DNA of 64,000 nucleotides from Octopus vulgaris (Eukaryota). The DNA lies in the NCBI GenBank assembly GCA_951406725.2, contig OX597817.1, positions 103,912,001 through 103,976,000 on the forward strand, in the 5' to 3' direction. Position numbers and translations under genes: made by a program. Below the pieces are notes generated by a model. The model searched no databases. It saw only the letters and a list, made by a program, of their open reading frames with translations, and was not told the DNA's origin. This document shows, piece after piece, positions 11,601 through 25,204 of this stretch (position 1 is its first letter; the number at the start of each line of letters is the position of its first letter).

Positions 11601-13396
11601 TTAATAATAACAAAAAGGGGCGGCATTTAAACAAAATTTGATTGATTTGAAGCAATTTATAAATTTGTCAACTGGGTACTATGAATAATTTCAATTTTCT
11701 TAAACTCAACAAAAAATTGCATAATGAATATTTTTTATTTTTACGACTTTTTTTTCTTTTGATAAAACCAATTCTTTTTTAATCAATTCTGATATAATCT
11801 CAAAATCTCAGTAAAATAACTGACATTTTTAAAATCAGAAATATTTTAACTGTTACTATTTGAGATAATAGGATTATTAGTATAATGAAACAAAACTGAG
11901 AAAACAAATCTGTAATTTAGGCATAGCTAATCATTTTTTTTTTCTTTTTTGTTTTTGGCTAAACAAACTGTTGGAAAATCTGTTAACCCTTTTAAGGTTA
12001 AGCTGTTCATATTGCCTAATGATGTATCTGACAAAAATAAGGACGAAGTATATCATTTCACTTTGAGTTCATCCAGTAAAACATTGACAGCCGAAATAGC
12101 AGGAATAAAAAAGTCTTCATCACCAGCTATTTTAATTCTTGATTTGAGAAACATATTAACAACAGAATAAACAAAACACAAACACTAACTCATATGAAGA
12201 AAACTCAAACATACTTCACAAAACTTACAACAAAAATCAATTTCATTCATTCTATCAAAAAGATGGAAAAATCCTGAGAAATATCCTTAAAAAAGGAAAT
12301 AAAATACAACTAGGAGATAGATATATTACAAAAATAGATATATATTACAAAAATATAAAAGTCAAGAACCTTTTGATTTTCAACAGTAGTTCTACCTATG
12401 TGTAATTTGGTTATAGCCATTCATTTGTACATATTTAGTCAAACAAACTGCTGGAGATTCTGTTAGTCAAAACCTGTTATAGGCTTTGTGTTACCAATGA
12501 AGTTTAAGACTTCACATGTAATAATGAAAGTTGGCAATTCTATAATTGCTACACCGGCCAGATATCCACAACCTTAGGAAGTATTTGATTATGCACTTGC
12601 AGGTGGAAGCCATATGTTTACATATGATAGAGACTTGCTGGAAAAACACAACTAGAATATTCATTAGAACCAATAATCAAATGCTTTCATATAACTACAT
12701 AACTACACAGAAACATATTCATAAAAAAGTTTTATAATATAGTGCAAATAAGACTCAATTATTCCGCTAAATACATATTAACAAACAGTTACAAAACCTC
12801 ATATGGATTTTATAGTGAGAAGTTATAATTAACAAATAACAAAAATAACAACCACAAAATAACCAGGACTGGACTCTGACATAACATTATATCTTCTACA
12901 ATCCACAACATAATTATACATTAGGGAGCCTCAATGAGATCATTTCAGCTGCTAGAGATAGCAGCCAATTCCATCAAATTACTCCATACTGTAATTAAAA
13001 ATAAAGACACATTAATTAATGTGGTCTTAGACATACAAATACATGAGATGATTGTAGATGAAAAACTTTGATCCCAGGTTTGCTCAATCAAGGTTGATCT
13101 GGGATCAAAGAATAACAACAGAGCAACAGTAAGAAAATAACAAACACTTCGATATTATTCCTGAAGTCATTAAATCACTCACACCTTCCACAGGTCAAGA
13201 ATCCTTTAGCAAAGGCTGCCTGTATGTTGATCTAATCATTTCTTATCAGAAAAGGACAAGTGTAACATTCCCAAGACTTTTATTAGAACAGGAAACATCT
13301 ATCATATACTAAACAGATATGTCATCAGAAAATATAAACTTCTCAACATGAGTTTAACAGACTTTCCAGTTGTTAAAATAAACATACACACATACA

Positions 13397-13442
<46 letters not shown>

Positions 13443-14781
13443 TCCTGCAAATCACAAGCTCAAATGGATAGAATATTGGACAACTTACTGAGGGGCAGGC
13501 AATTCATGTTTTGTCATTAGCACTCTGTACCTTAACAGATTTAACTCAAAAGAGCATCATACGGTTACTTGATTGTAAGGTGGAATGACTCACTGCTATT
13601 AAGTCACAGCAGTGTTTCATTTCTTCACAATGCTCAGTTTTGGTGTCCCTGTAAGATTGGACCGTGATAGAAATGCTAACAACATTACCACAACAGTTTT
13701 ATTACCACCACAACAGAAGAGATTGAAGAAAAAAAATCAACAAAACAGGCTGTCTTATTGTTTTTTATACATAGAAACATAAAAGCACTACATACGTATT
13801 TGTAGTTGTGTTATGAAAATGCTTTTATTATATGTATAAGTGGCAACAAGGACTTAAAGCCTATATGGTTCATAATAACTTCTTTTATAAAAAGAGAAAT
13901 GTGATCTGCAGTGAGAAGTTGATACACAAAAATATAGGCGTGCTTTGAATGAAAAATGTGTACAGTTTGTTAACGTGTGCATGTTGCACATCAAATAAAA
14001 ACAAAAAAAAACAGTCAAACCAGACATATACACACTTAATAGCTAAGATTTCTATATAAAGAGTATTTAACAGCATACATTTGTAAATTTCAGTCTGATA
14101 TAGATTTATAACAACAAACTACAGGTTTTATAAAAAATGTGTAAGAGTTACCAGGTTTACAGATAAGCAAGAAATTTACAAATTAGTTTATAGGATTATC
14201 ACATTTTGCCACCATCAAATTGCTGCTTAAAAATTTATATATTCCAATGCATACATATATACATAAATATAATATATATATATAATTTGAGTAACAAAGA
14301 GGTGCAGGTAACAGCTATTTCCAATGACTTCTTTAATTGATTAATGAGAACATTACATCATTTTAAAGAAACCATTTTCATCAGATAAAACAGTTTCTTT
14401 ACAATGATGTATTGTTCTCAATAATCAATTAAAGGAGTCGTTGGAAACAACCATAATGAATTGACACCTGTACCGCTTTGTTACACACTAATATTTTATT
14501 CACCTAACCTGGAATCAATGCTTCATAAATATTATAGACAGTATTTTTAATATAAATTTTTAATATTATAGACAGTATTTTTTAATATAAAGTACATGTC
14601 TGAATAGCTATGAGTGGATTTCTTCGAGCAGCTGGGTCTTATTATCTGCATACACTGCAAAGATATCATATGGCCGGCACTTATGCATCAAGTCTGATAT
14701 TCACTTAATATTGTTGAGTATACATGTTACTCTGACCTAACAAGGTACCTCAATTTAAGTAACTAATTCAACTGAACCTTA

Positions 14782-14783
<2 letters not shown>

Positions 14784-14837
<54 letters not shown>

Positions 14838-15140
14838 CACATATACATGTATATGCATATACACATACATATATATACACACACATATATATATACATAC
14901 ATAAAATATATACACATACATATAATATATACACACACATATATATATATACATACATAAAATATATACACATGCATATATATATATACATACATATTAT
15001 ATATACACATATATACATACATATTATATATACACATATATACAAACTTATTATATATATACACATATATACATACTTATTATATATATACACATATATA
15101 CATACATACATATATATATATCTACAAACGTATATATATT

Positions 15141-15182
<42 letters not shown>

Positions 15183-15235
15183 TACATACATGTTATATCT
15201 ACATACATACATATTATATCTACATACATATATAC
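14784..15235. repeat. Compound TA/CA microsatellite
   Basis: Directly visible. Confidence 0.97.
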
Positions 15236-15740
15236 ATCATCATCATTTAACATCCATTGTCCATGCTGGCATGAGCTGGATGGTTTGACCAGGGTTGGTA
15301 AGCTGAGAGGCTGCACCAGACCCCAGTCTGTTTTGGCATGGTTTCTACGGTTGGATGCCCTTCTTAATGCCAACCACTCTGAGAGTGTAATGGGTGCTTT
15401 TACATGCCATTTGCATGACACCACTATCTGCCATGATTGCAGATTTACTTGGCTTGATTGGTCTTTTTCTCAAGCACAGCATAATGCCAAATGGACTCAG
15501 TCACTGCTTCCATGAGGGCCAATGCTCGAAGCATGGCATAATGCCAAATGGTCTCAGTCCTTGCTCCATGAGGCCCAATGCTCAAAAGGTGCTTTTACAT
15601 GCCACTGGCACAGGTGCGATTTGCGTGACACCAGTATCTGCCATGACCATGGTTTTACTTGGCTTGATGGGTCTTCTGCTCAAGCACAACATAATGCCAA
15701 AGGTCTCAGTCATTGCCTCTGTGAGGCCAAACATTTGAAA
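15236..15740 (-). mobile_element. RTE-LINE 3'UTR/tail fragment with (TGA)n tail
   Basis: Homologous to 22875-23405, 55535-55925 and 60068-60245 (AAGGGCATCCA...CATGGAxAATGGAxGTTAAATGATGATG). Confidence 0.8.
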
Positions 15741-15782
15741 GGAGCTCATTCTTGGCCCTTGCCTCCTTGCATTCTATCATTC

Positions 15783-16065
15783 TCTTTTACCAAACCACTA
15801 AGCTATGGGGATGTAAACACATCATCACCAATTGTCAAACAGAGATGGGGGGAGGAAACACAGATACATACACACATTCATATATACATACACACACACA
15901 CACACACACACAATGGGCTTCATTCAGTTTCTGTCTACCAAATCCACTCACAAGGTTTTGATCAGTCCAAAGCTATAGTAGAAGACATTTGCCCAATGTG
16001 CCACACAGTGAGACTGAACCTGGAACCATATGGTTGGGAAGCAAGCTTCTTACTACAAATCCACA
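15783..16065 (-). mobile_element. SINE family A copy
   Basis: Aligns by eye with 8260-8540. Confidence 0.85.
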
Positions 16066-16532
16066 TGTGAGTGTATATGTATATATGCTTGCTTCCCTTT
16101 TATTTTCATTTATTTATTAATTTATTGAACTGCATAATGGGGAAACTTATTTGAATACATCCATTATTCCTGAGACCCTTCAATTTTGACTTTACTCCCA
16201 AAACCCAGAGATAATTATATGTCAATGTATATAAGATTAAACTCCTAGATTTTGTTGCAGTTTCATAAGTATTATGCCCAAAACTTTTGGCCTTTCAGTC
16301 ACTTTATAACTTGTACTAGTTATATATATATATACATATGACCTCAGGAAGCTGAACCTTTCAGGTGAGATGTCAAAGGACAGAGATACCTGGCGCCTGG
16401 CTGTACTCTAGAAGACCCACACTCCACAGCAGAAGTGTTAAGACCGATCCTTCTGGTGGTCTAAAGCACTCATGGTGGCGCCACGTAAAAGTGCCTATGT
16501 GGTCCCACATAAAAGCACCCATGCTGCATTAT

Positions 16533-17352
16533 GGTTTTTCATTGACTGCACTATTCATAAGCCAAATTCCGATCTGTGGAACTTTCTGAATGGCACACCT
16601 AGCCAAAAAAATTACCTTTAATTATTTTAGTAGTGCAGCCCACCTAATAAATAAATCATGTTTCTTACAGCCCACTTCCCCAAAAAATGGTTGTAGAAGC
16701 CTTATCTACACATTCAGTTACGGACTAGAATTAGAAACAGTTAAATCTCAGGAAAACTTTAAGAATAAATTAAACTCATCAACATCATCATAGATCCTTA
16801 TACATAAACATATACATCTATCTCCACATATAAGAGGGGAATTTTTCCACCAGTTTGATGGAGAAGTTCTCATCTGATAAGTGAATAAAATAAAGGGCTG
16901 TCTTGTAAGCATGGTCTGCCAGTCAGATATAATCTTTTTCAAGAGATTTTGCAAAACTCATGTCAGTTAATAAAGCAAATAGACCAGCTTAGAATTTAAA
17001 GTGTTCTTGGTGAAATAACAGTGGTCATGGTAATTGTTTATGCTGGAAACAGTACTTTCAAACAGAGCTATACAAAAATGACAGAGATGATTCATTTGCT
17101 TCTTCTGATATTAGGTTTTTCATTGACTGCACTACTCATAAGCCAAAATTCCAATCTGTGGAAAATTTTGAATGGCACATCAAACAAAAAAATTACCTAG
17201 AATTTTTTAGTAGTGCAACCCACCTAATAAATAAAACATGTTTCTTACAGCCCACTAGCCAAAAAATGGTTGTTGAAGCCTTATCTACACATTCAGTTAC
17301 GGACTAGAATTAGAAATAGTTAAATCTCAGAAAAACTTTAGAAATAAATTAA
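16533..17352. repeat. ~240-bp direct repeat pair (16533-16773 and 17114-17352)
   Basis: Both copies run from GGTTTTTCATTGACTGCACTA to GAATAAATTAA/AAATAAATTAA with scattered substitutions. Confidence 0.95.
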
Positions 17353-17899
17353 TCTTTTAATTGTCTTTATTGTTTCTATGCTAGTTTTCAGTTTTGAGCA
17401 TTTTATTAACCAATAATCTGAGCAATGTTACTACTTTTTGGGGTAACACAAGATGCAAATAAGTAATTCAAATTCTGGACATATTAGCAGCATCAGAAAA
17501 AAAAAATTCTGATGATTGGCTGACATATCCATGTTCTGAGAAATATATAGCTATAATTATGATTGGCTAATAGATTAATTTAGCATTAAATACAGCAGTT
17601 TAGATGCAATATTACACTCATTTTTGGTTGTTCTGCTTATTCTGTTGCATTTTATTTAAGCCCTATTCTTCTACCCAAAACCTTTCCAACAATTGGCTAA
17701 TGTAGCCATGCATCATTAAGTGGATGCGTGGCTGAACTTAAATTTGGCCGACAGGTTAACCTAAAATAAAGTTTGGCAGTTGATGTGCAATAAAAAGATA
17801 ACAATCAGTCTATACATGTTTTTTTTTAAATCATTAGTCAATAAAAATATAATCGTTGTTCTTCATCAGTTTATAAACAGTACATCAATCCAAACATTG

Positions 17900-18300
17900 T
17901 ATTGCAGAAGAGAAAGCAGAACTCCTATGATGTAAAATTCAAGTTGAAAGTGAATGAGTATGTCAAACAAAACTCAAACTCTACAGCAATGAGAGTTTAG
18001 TGTGGCAGAACAAAATGGAGGGAGACTGGAAAATCTGTTTTGGCTTTATATAATGATATGCAAATCAAACTGAAAGAATGGATTTTAGAACATTTTTTCC
18101 GGTAACACTATTGTTATACATGCAACTATTCACCTTTATGCTCTGCTGACTGCTAAGAAGTCGGATATGAAAAATTCAATGTGTGAAATGGATGGGTTAA
18201 TGCATTCACTTTATAAACTGACATGATTTATGCTTCAGATAGTGAGACCAAATCACTCAGAAACTTCTAACAGTATATGAAGAAATATTTCAGACTGCAT
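17900..18300 (+). mobile_element. pogo/Tigger-like transposase N-terminal remnant
   Basis: Translates as KRKQNSYDVKFKLKVNEYVKQNSNSTAMR (Brinker-type DBD pattern), then KLKEWILEH and a GW..TQITQKL-like segment (CENP-B HTH); frameshifted. Confidence 0.65.
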
Positions 18301-20695
18301 TAGAAAAGAGACATTTTCCCCACACACCCGCTATTTTTAGTAAACACTTTCTGCATGAGAAACAGACTGGAAATATTTTATTGTACTTTATTTTTAGATA
18401 ACAATTATGGGGCAGTGAGTCAATACCCTATGTTTATTGTCTTCTAATGCATTCTCAATTTCTAACACCATCTTAAATGAGGGCCAAAGCAAAATATCAC
18501 AGATTAGGTGGGATGTGAGAGGCAAGCTGCCAAATTAGCTGGTAGCCTTTTAAACTGAAATATCTATATGTATGTATATAGTGAAAAGGTAATTCAGATG
18601 AATGACAAAGAAATTTACAGAAAAAACAAAAAACATGATGAAACACAAACATGGTCTATGCCCTATCAAATGTTGACCAAATATCATCACAATTTTAACA
18701 GCTTCCAACAATATTGCTCAATTTTGTGGTGTCAGTTGACAGCTGATATGATAGATGAACAAGGATAGAAAAATGTTCAACAAGGACAGTGAAAGATAAA
18801 GTAATAAGGTTTGTGGACAGAACAGTAAATAAGACTAGTTGTGAAGAGAACAAAAAGAAATACAAACTGAAACAACATATATACAAAGAATATCTTTCAG
18901 CTTCATAGCAAAATTGAGACAAGTCGCATGAAGTAACAGTTATAAAGAAAGATAGTGTCCTGAAACATACCATGACATAAATTAGTGACTGACCAATTGA
19001 TCAGAATGTTCCAAAAAAGGATGAATAAGATGAAAAACAGGAAGCGGAAGGTCGTCTGGGAGGAGAGAGAAGAAAAGAGTAACAAGCAGGTAAAGAGAAA
19101 AAGTGTAAGATAGAAATGGCTGCCACAGAGACGTCAAATCGAAGAGGGAAGGGGAGAAAGGAAGAGAGGGACAGATAAAAAAGATAGAGTATAGCCATTA
19201 AATGGACAGATAGATACAAAGATGGAAGAATAGATAAAAAGAATATTTGATAAAAAGATAGATAGATGCAAATAACAAAAGAAAGGAAGAGAGAAAGAAA
19301 TAGAGGAAAGGATAGAAACATAGGTAGATAGAAAAAATTATAGAACATAGACAGACATGCAGGCAAACAGACAGACAGCATATCTTTCAGCCTCAAAGTA
19401 AAAGCAATGAATTAAACAAACCAGGAACTGCAAAAAAAGTGCTTCACTAGTTGAACATTCAATTTGAAAGAAGAAGCACAAGAAACATGAAGAGTAGTAT
19501 CTTGAGAGAAGGAAGAGCAGAAAAGTGTAACAGGCAAGTATGTACACATACATGCATATATATATACCAACATGTACATTTACATACATACACACACACA
19601 CACATATATACATACACTCATGTACACACACATGCACACACACACACACATATATATATACATACATGCATCTAGATACATGTATGTATAAATACATGCA
19701 TACATTTAAATGACTCCAAGGAAGCTGTAAGATGTTGCAAAAGCACTCAACTCTGGACTGGAATAAAGTGAAACGAAAAGCCTCCGTCAAAGATACAACA
19801 TACATCCAGATCTGAGAATCAAACACAACACCTTACAGTTATGGGCTCGACACCCTAACAACTAGGCCTTTCAATATATACATACATATAAATATATATG
19901 TGTGCATGTATATATATGCATGTGCATAAAAACACATGTATATGTATATACATACACACATACATACATTGTGCATACATACATATGTACGATTTGCAAG
20001 TTTAAATGAAAACTACGAGGAAACAAAGTATTGTAAATATAAAAAGTCTATTAACAAGGATAAAGATTTGAGAAAACCAGTTGTAGAAGTAGATTGTCTA
20101 TTTAGGTATGCAATTTATGATATTACCTCCTACATTCTCCTACTTTACATGAAGGGTAACATGCAAAAGAAGAATAAATAGTAGTTCCTGCCTTTCCTAG
20201 AGGTATTCTACTACAAGGAAACTGCAATGGACTTCATCCAGGGACATATATATTAAAATCTAAAGAGAACAATGCTCCTGCTGATGGAATTGAAACTGCA
20301 TGGATATAATATAAATATTGTTTATATTGAAAATCTTATTTCTTAATTTAGAATTTGTACATATTATCATGAAAAACATTGCATGTCTGTGTGATACCTT
20401 GCTATGTTTGTACATTAACAGAAATAACTAACATCTTAATATGAAGGGGTTGGCAAACTGTGTGATGCTTATAGTGATTGAAAAGGTCTCTTAAAAGCAA
20501 TAAAGTTTTGAGTAAGAAGAAAATGCAAACACAGTGCAGTATTGTAAGTAAAGTGCTTGCTTAGCAAGCATGTCACATGCAGTTACATCAGTGGATCATT
20601 CTTTTCTGAAAACACAAGATTAGTGTTTACATGAGTATACGGTTTAATATTTTTTATATAAAAAATCTTAGCCATTAACTTATGATGTGTATATG

Positions 20696-20741
<46 letters not shown>

Positions 20742-20951
20742 AAAATATACATACACAAACACATATGTATGTGTTTATATACACACGCACTCTCACACAC
20801 ACATTCAAATTTTTTTTTTATATACAATACATATATATTATTCATAGATATATGATTTAATTATATGTACATACTGAATATATGTAAATGTTTCTGTGTG
20901 AGCGTATATACATACATATAAGTTTGTCTGTATGCATATGTGCAAACAAAA

Positions 20952-21036
20952 TTATGACGTTTCCATGGGGTTTGGTATTATAATGCCTTGTAGCTTTGTC
21001 TTTTTTAGAAGATATAAGGTGTCATCAATAAGAAAA
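20952..21036 (-). CDS. PGAP3: PGAP3 coding exon 7 (last): (S)FLIDDTLYLLKKTKLQGIIIPNPMETS*
   Basis: Acceptor tatttttcag, phase 2 matching exon 6. FLIDDTLYLL matches the Per1/PGAP3 C-terminal F-x-x-DD motif. TAA at 20954-20952. Confidence 0.92.
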
Positions 21037-22874
21037 CTGAAAAATAAAAGTGCATTATAATCAGAATTATATAAAATATAATAACAAATATATAAGTTAT
21101 ACATAATATTTTATAAATTTAATACAGTTTGAAGTTAGGTATGTAGATTCAACTTCTGACTACATAAACTGAGTTTATTTCTTAAGATACAGAAAATTTC
21201 ACTCATAAAGTAGTGTAATTTCTTCATACCAAATTTTTTCAGTTGAAAAATAGGTGTTTATGTGGTCAGAGTGTAAGCTATACTAAAATCAGGTTCCAGT
21301 TTCATATTTCTAACATCTAAGTAAATCAGAATGCAGTTAAAACAAGAACTTGGTAGCAGAATATGAAACCACAGATAATAAATCTCTAGTAAAGCAACCA
21401 ACAATATTTTTTATGCATCACATATGTTCACAGGGTCATGGTTTCAGTATTTTGTAAAATGGTGAGGCAAATTTTTTCCTGGGAAGTTTATTAGTTTGTT
21501 GTTACTAACTTTGTCAAGAGACCCAGATCCAGAAAAATAAATACTTATTTATATTTGAAAATCTAAAGACAATCCATATTGCATTATGTTCGATTATATA
21601 AAAAAGAAAGTTAAAGGAAAAGCTGAGAAATTGTCCCAATCATAAGAGCATACTAATAATTTTCTCCCTGCCTTCAAAGCTCTCATAATGCAATTCAGAA
21701 TCTGAGAACATACACATATGTACACACACTTTATCAATTCATAGAGAGATTAATGATTTCAGAATGAGACTTAGCTACTTCAAAGTGAGAAAGCAATTTG
21801 AAATTGCTGAATAATGATTTCAAAGTGAGATTGAGACAAAAAGATTTACTTAATAGAAAATATGGCATCAAAACATTATAAATCCTTTTTACTGTCACTT
21901 GTATGTGAACTTGCTTGATTCATTATGAGTTTTCATCAACCAAGCAACAGGGAAAAAGCTCATCAAATGATTAAAATACTTTCTAGTTTTTTCAGGAGTA
22001 AATACAGCAATACCATCCAATGCTAATTTTCTGACAATTTTATCTCCGTGTGTGACTTTATAACACCAGCAGGATTGTTCACTATTTCTACATGAATGTA
22101 TGGTAGGGTCAGTTCAGCTTTTAGTGCCAGTTTTATATTTGAGACACATTCCCCTATGAGAGTAACGAGAGGCAAATACAATAGCAAATATTTCAAACCA
22201 CAGTTGCAAAGATACTGAATGAAGACTTTGATCTCATTGTGAAAAGAAGCACTATCAAATATGCAAAAGTATTCCTGGCCTTAAATATGCAGTTAAATGG
22301 CAACCTTATACACATAATTATGAAATTCTTGGTGCTTGATACAACAGCATTAATATAGAGGTTTTTACCTGTTTGTTCATAAACAGTTTTAACTACAAGC
22401 TGGCCCTTTAAGGACTGACAAAGGATGCTGGTAGTGTGACAGTTAAAGCTACATTCATCAATCTCATAACATCAAGGTGATTAATGGACTTTTATTTTAT
22501 GCAATAAACAAATATGATGGCATCTCACCATTAATCTTCACATGCATCTACAGTAAAGCTACCCACTTAACTACAACTATTCCATTTGCAGTCTTCAAAG
22601 TAAAGCCAAGAGCAAGATTCTTGTAGTCTGATCCCTGATTATAACAATCTATGAGTTGTCTTCGACATGGGACACTGGCAGATTTGTTTTACATTCATTC
22701 AATACTCCTTGCCCAGGCATTACAATAAAAATGCTGACATTACATGAAATATAAAGTGAATATAACAGCTTTGGTGTGTTTTATAAATGATTAAATAGCT
22801 CTTCCTTGATATAATTTTACAAAAATAATTTAGACAATAAGCAGTTTAACTCTTAAACAATCAGGTATCATAAT

Positions 22875-24110
22875 CATCATTTAACATCCGTTATTCATGC
22901 TGGCATGGGTTGGATGGTTTGACCAGGGCTGGTAGGCTGGAAGGCTGCACCAGACTCCAGTCTGATTTGGCATGGTTTTCCATGGCTGGATGCCCTTCTT
23001 AATACCAACCACTCTGAGAGTGTAATGGATGCATTTACATGCCACCGGCACGGGTGCCATTTGCATGACACTGGTATCTGCCACAACTGTGATTTTGCTT
23101 GGCTTGATGGGTCTTCTCAAGCATGACATAATGCCAAAGATCTCCGTCATTACCTCTGTGAAGCCCAAAACTCAAAAGGAACTCACCACTTTGCCTCTAT
23201 GAGGCCCGACACTTGAAAGAACATAGCCATTTTGCCTCCATGAAGCCCAATGCTCAAGCAGTACTCTTTATGTGCTGCTGGCATGGGTGTCAGTTACGTG
23301 ACACCAACATCAGTCATGACTACAATTTCACTTGGCTTGACAGGTCTTCTCAAGCACAGCATATCGCCAAAGGTCTTGGTCACAAGTCGTTGCCTCTGTG
23401 AAGCTCAAAGTTCAAAGATCTCCACAGTTAGAGATCAGCACTTATTTACACAACTGTCCTCGTCCATATGCATCACATGACCATACCAGCACTGACACCT
23501 CTCTTGCACACTACATCTGATGTCTCTTATGCCCAACTTTTCTCTCAAGATGTTTACACTCTGTCGAACATGCACACTGACATTACACATCCAGCAAAGC
23601 ATACTGGCTTCATTTCTTTCAAGCCTACACAAGTCTTCAGCTGTCACAACTGATGTTTTACTGTCATGTAGCATGGCTGTTCACACACAGGCATCATACA
23701 ATCTATCTTTCACTCAGAGAGAGGCCATTTGTTACCAGCAGAGGGAGGAGCTCTCTGAAATTTGCCCAGCCTAATCTTATTCTAACAGCTATGCTCTCGG
23801 AGCATCCACCTCCACTACTAACTTGATCCCCTAGATAATGGAAGTTATCCACTACATCTAGCTTGCCCAACAGGCAATTGATGGAGTCTATTTTCTGCAC
23901 ATTTTCAGCATTTATTGTACCTGTACATCTTCCACATACAAAAGCTATTTTCCCTGTTAACCTTCCTCTGATATTGCTGCACCCTTTATGTGTCCAAAGC
24001 TTACACCGGGTGCATCTTATGCAGTTTCTACTTATGATTTTTCTACAGATCAAGCAGGACCATCTACCTGAAGGATTTGTGATTTGTCTGCCTTCCTACT
24101 TACTGAGACT
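22875..24110 (-). mobile_element. 5'-truncated RTE-clade LINE (ORF C-terminus plus 3'UTR)
   Basis: VVDNFHYLGD, RIRLGWANFREL, ERNEASMLCWMCNVS and WYGHVMHMDEDSCV, followed by the 3'UTR and ATG-repeat tail. Same family as 63440-64000. Confidence 0.9.
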
Positions 24111-24559
24111 TTGTAAATATCTATTCATGCATATACAGTGAAAATTACTGTATGATGAGAGAGTGGCTGAAAAGAGCAGATTTCTTCTTTTGTTTTGCTT
24201 ATAATATCATAACAGCTTACCCGATCATTTCTATGTGTAAATACACTATGCATTTTTGGTTTATTAAATTAAGTAAGTTTTAAGTTTTGTCAGAGTGACA
24301 TGGACTAACTTTGAAGTAATATATCTCACTATGAAGTAAGAAGTCCTCACTTTGAAATCACTAATCTCACTTTAACATGACATATACTCACTTAAAGTTA
24401 CGAGTACTGTAGTTAACTACAAGAGTTATGCTAAGCAATGTTGCTTTGTTACATAAATTATAAAGTCCTGAAGGTAAATATGGATAGTATTAGACATTGT
24501 AGCTTCATAGAATGTCATATAAACAAAAAACATGTATTAATGTTTTATGTGCAGCAAGT

Positions 24560-24850
24560 CTATAGATCCCATTTCCAACAAAGAACTGCACTGGTATAAA
24601 CATGTCTTCTGTCTCCAGCTAGATCCTCCTACCAGAGCTTTAGTCTCATTTGACGCAATGGCTACAGGCTGGTAGAGGCCTTGTGGCAGGCCCAGCACCA
24701 AATGGCTGGGAAGATCCCCAGATGCTTGATGTCACCTAGGAAGATGCAGAGGAGCTGGCATGGGACTGCCAGCAATGGAGAACACTGGTGGACAGGTTGG
24801 CTCTAAGCATAATGACATCTCTGGGACCACTAACCTGGGATAAATCGAGC
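24560..24850 (-). mobile_element. Decayed RTE-like LINE 3' fragment
   Basis: Local GC rise with a G-R-P/W-rich C-terminal pattern on the minus strand; heavily mutated. Confidence 0.4.
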
Positions 24851-24999
24851 CCCATCAAGCAAAAGCATGAAACAAGCAATTAAAACTAAGGATGACTACA
24901 ATGCCTTGTAGGTGTTAATAGCTTTATATCAGAAAAATTTGCTGGAAGTTGAGAAAGTACTACTGACTAAAATAATCTATATGAGAAATGATGACTTAC

Positions 25000-25204
25000 C
25001 TGTACCAAAGTATACAAAGTGGGACTGTTCCTAAGTGCCATAAAGCATGAGCATCTACAATCCACAGTAATGGAGGGAAATCGCCGAGCTCAAGACACAA
25101 AAGCACATTAGTTAAACACAACACAACTACACATTTCCAGACATAGTATTGTTCTCTTCTTTTAATATAGCACCAAACACCCCAGAACATAGACTGAAGG
25201 AACC
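25000..25204 (-). CDS. PGAP3: PGAP3 coding exon 6 (205 nt)
   Basis: (G)FLQSMFWGVWCYIKRREQYYVWKCVVVLCLTNVLLCLELGDFPPLLWIVDAHALWHLGTVPLCILWY contains LELxDFPP and DAHALWH (CREST HxxxH). Flanked by ttatag and GTAAGT. Confidence 0.97.

Noticed and set aside
12043-12175. Short minus-strand frame MFLKSRIKIAGDEDFFIPAISAVNVLLDELKVK* and overlapping plus ORF 11949-12170
   Set aside because: No recognisable family, no convincing splice sites and an upstream in-frame stop.
14528-14591. Short tandem duplications (here ~30 bp; also 12317-12356)
   Set aside because: Ordinary slippage duplications with no further structure.
14607-14700. Possible alternative last exon (minus strand, acceptor atctttgcag)
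   Set aside because: In the phase needed after PGAP3 exon 6 it stops after four codons; the real last exon at 21036 has the conserved motif.
20276-20312. Hammerhead-like CTGCTGATGGAATTGAAACTGCA (similar weak cases at ~50500 and ~52185)
   Set aside because: Core boxes are mutated and no cleavage triplet or stem I is present; at best unprovable relics.
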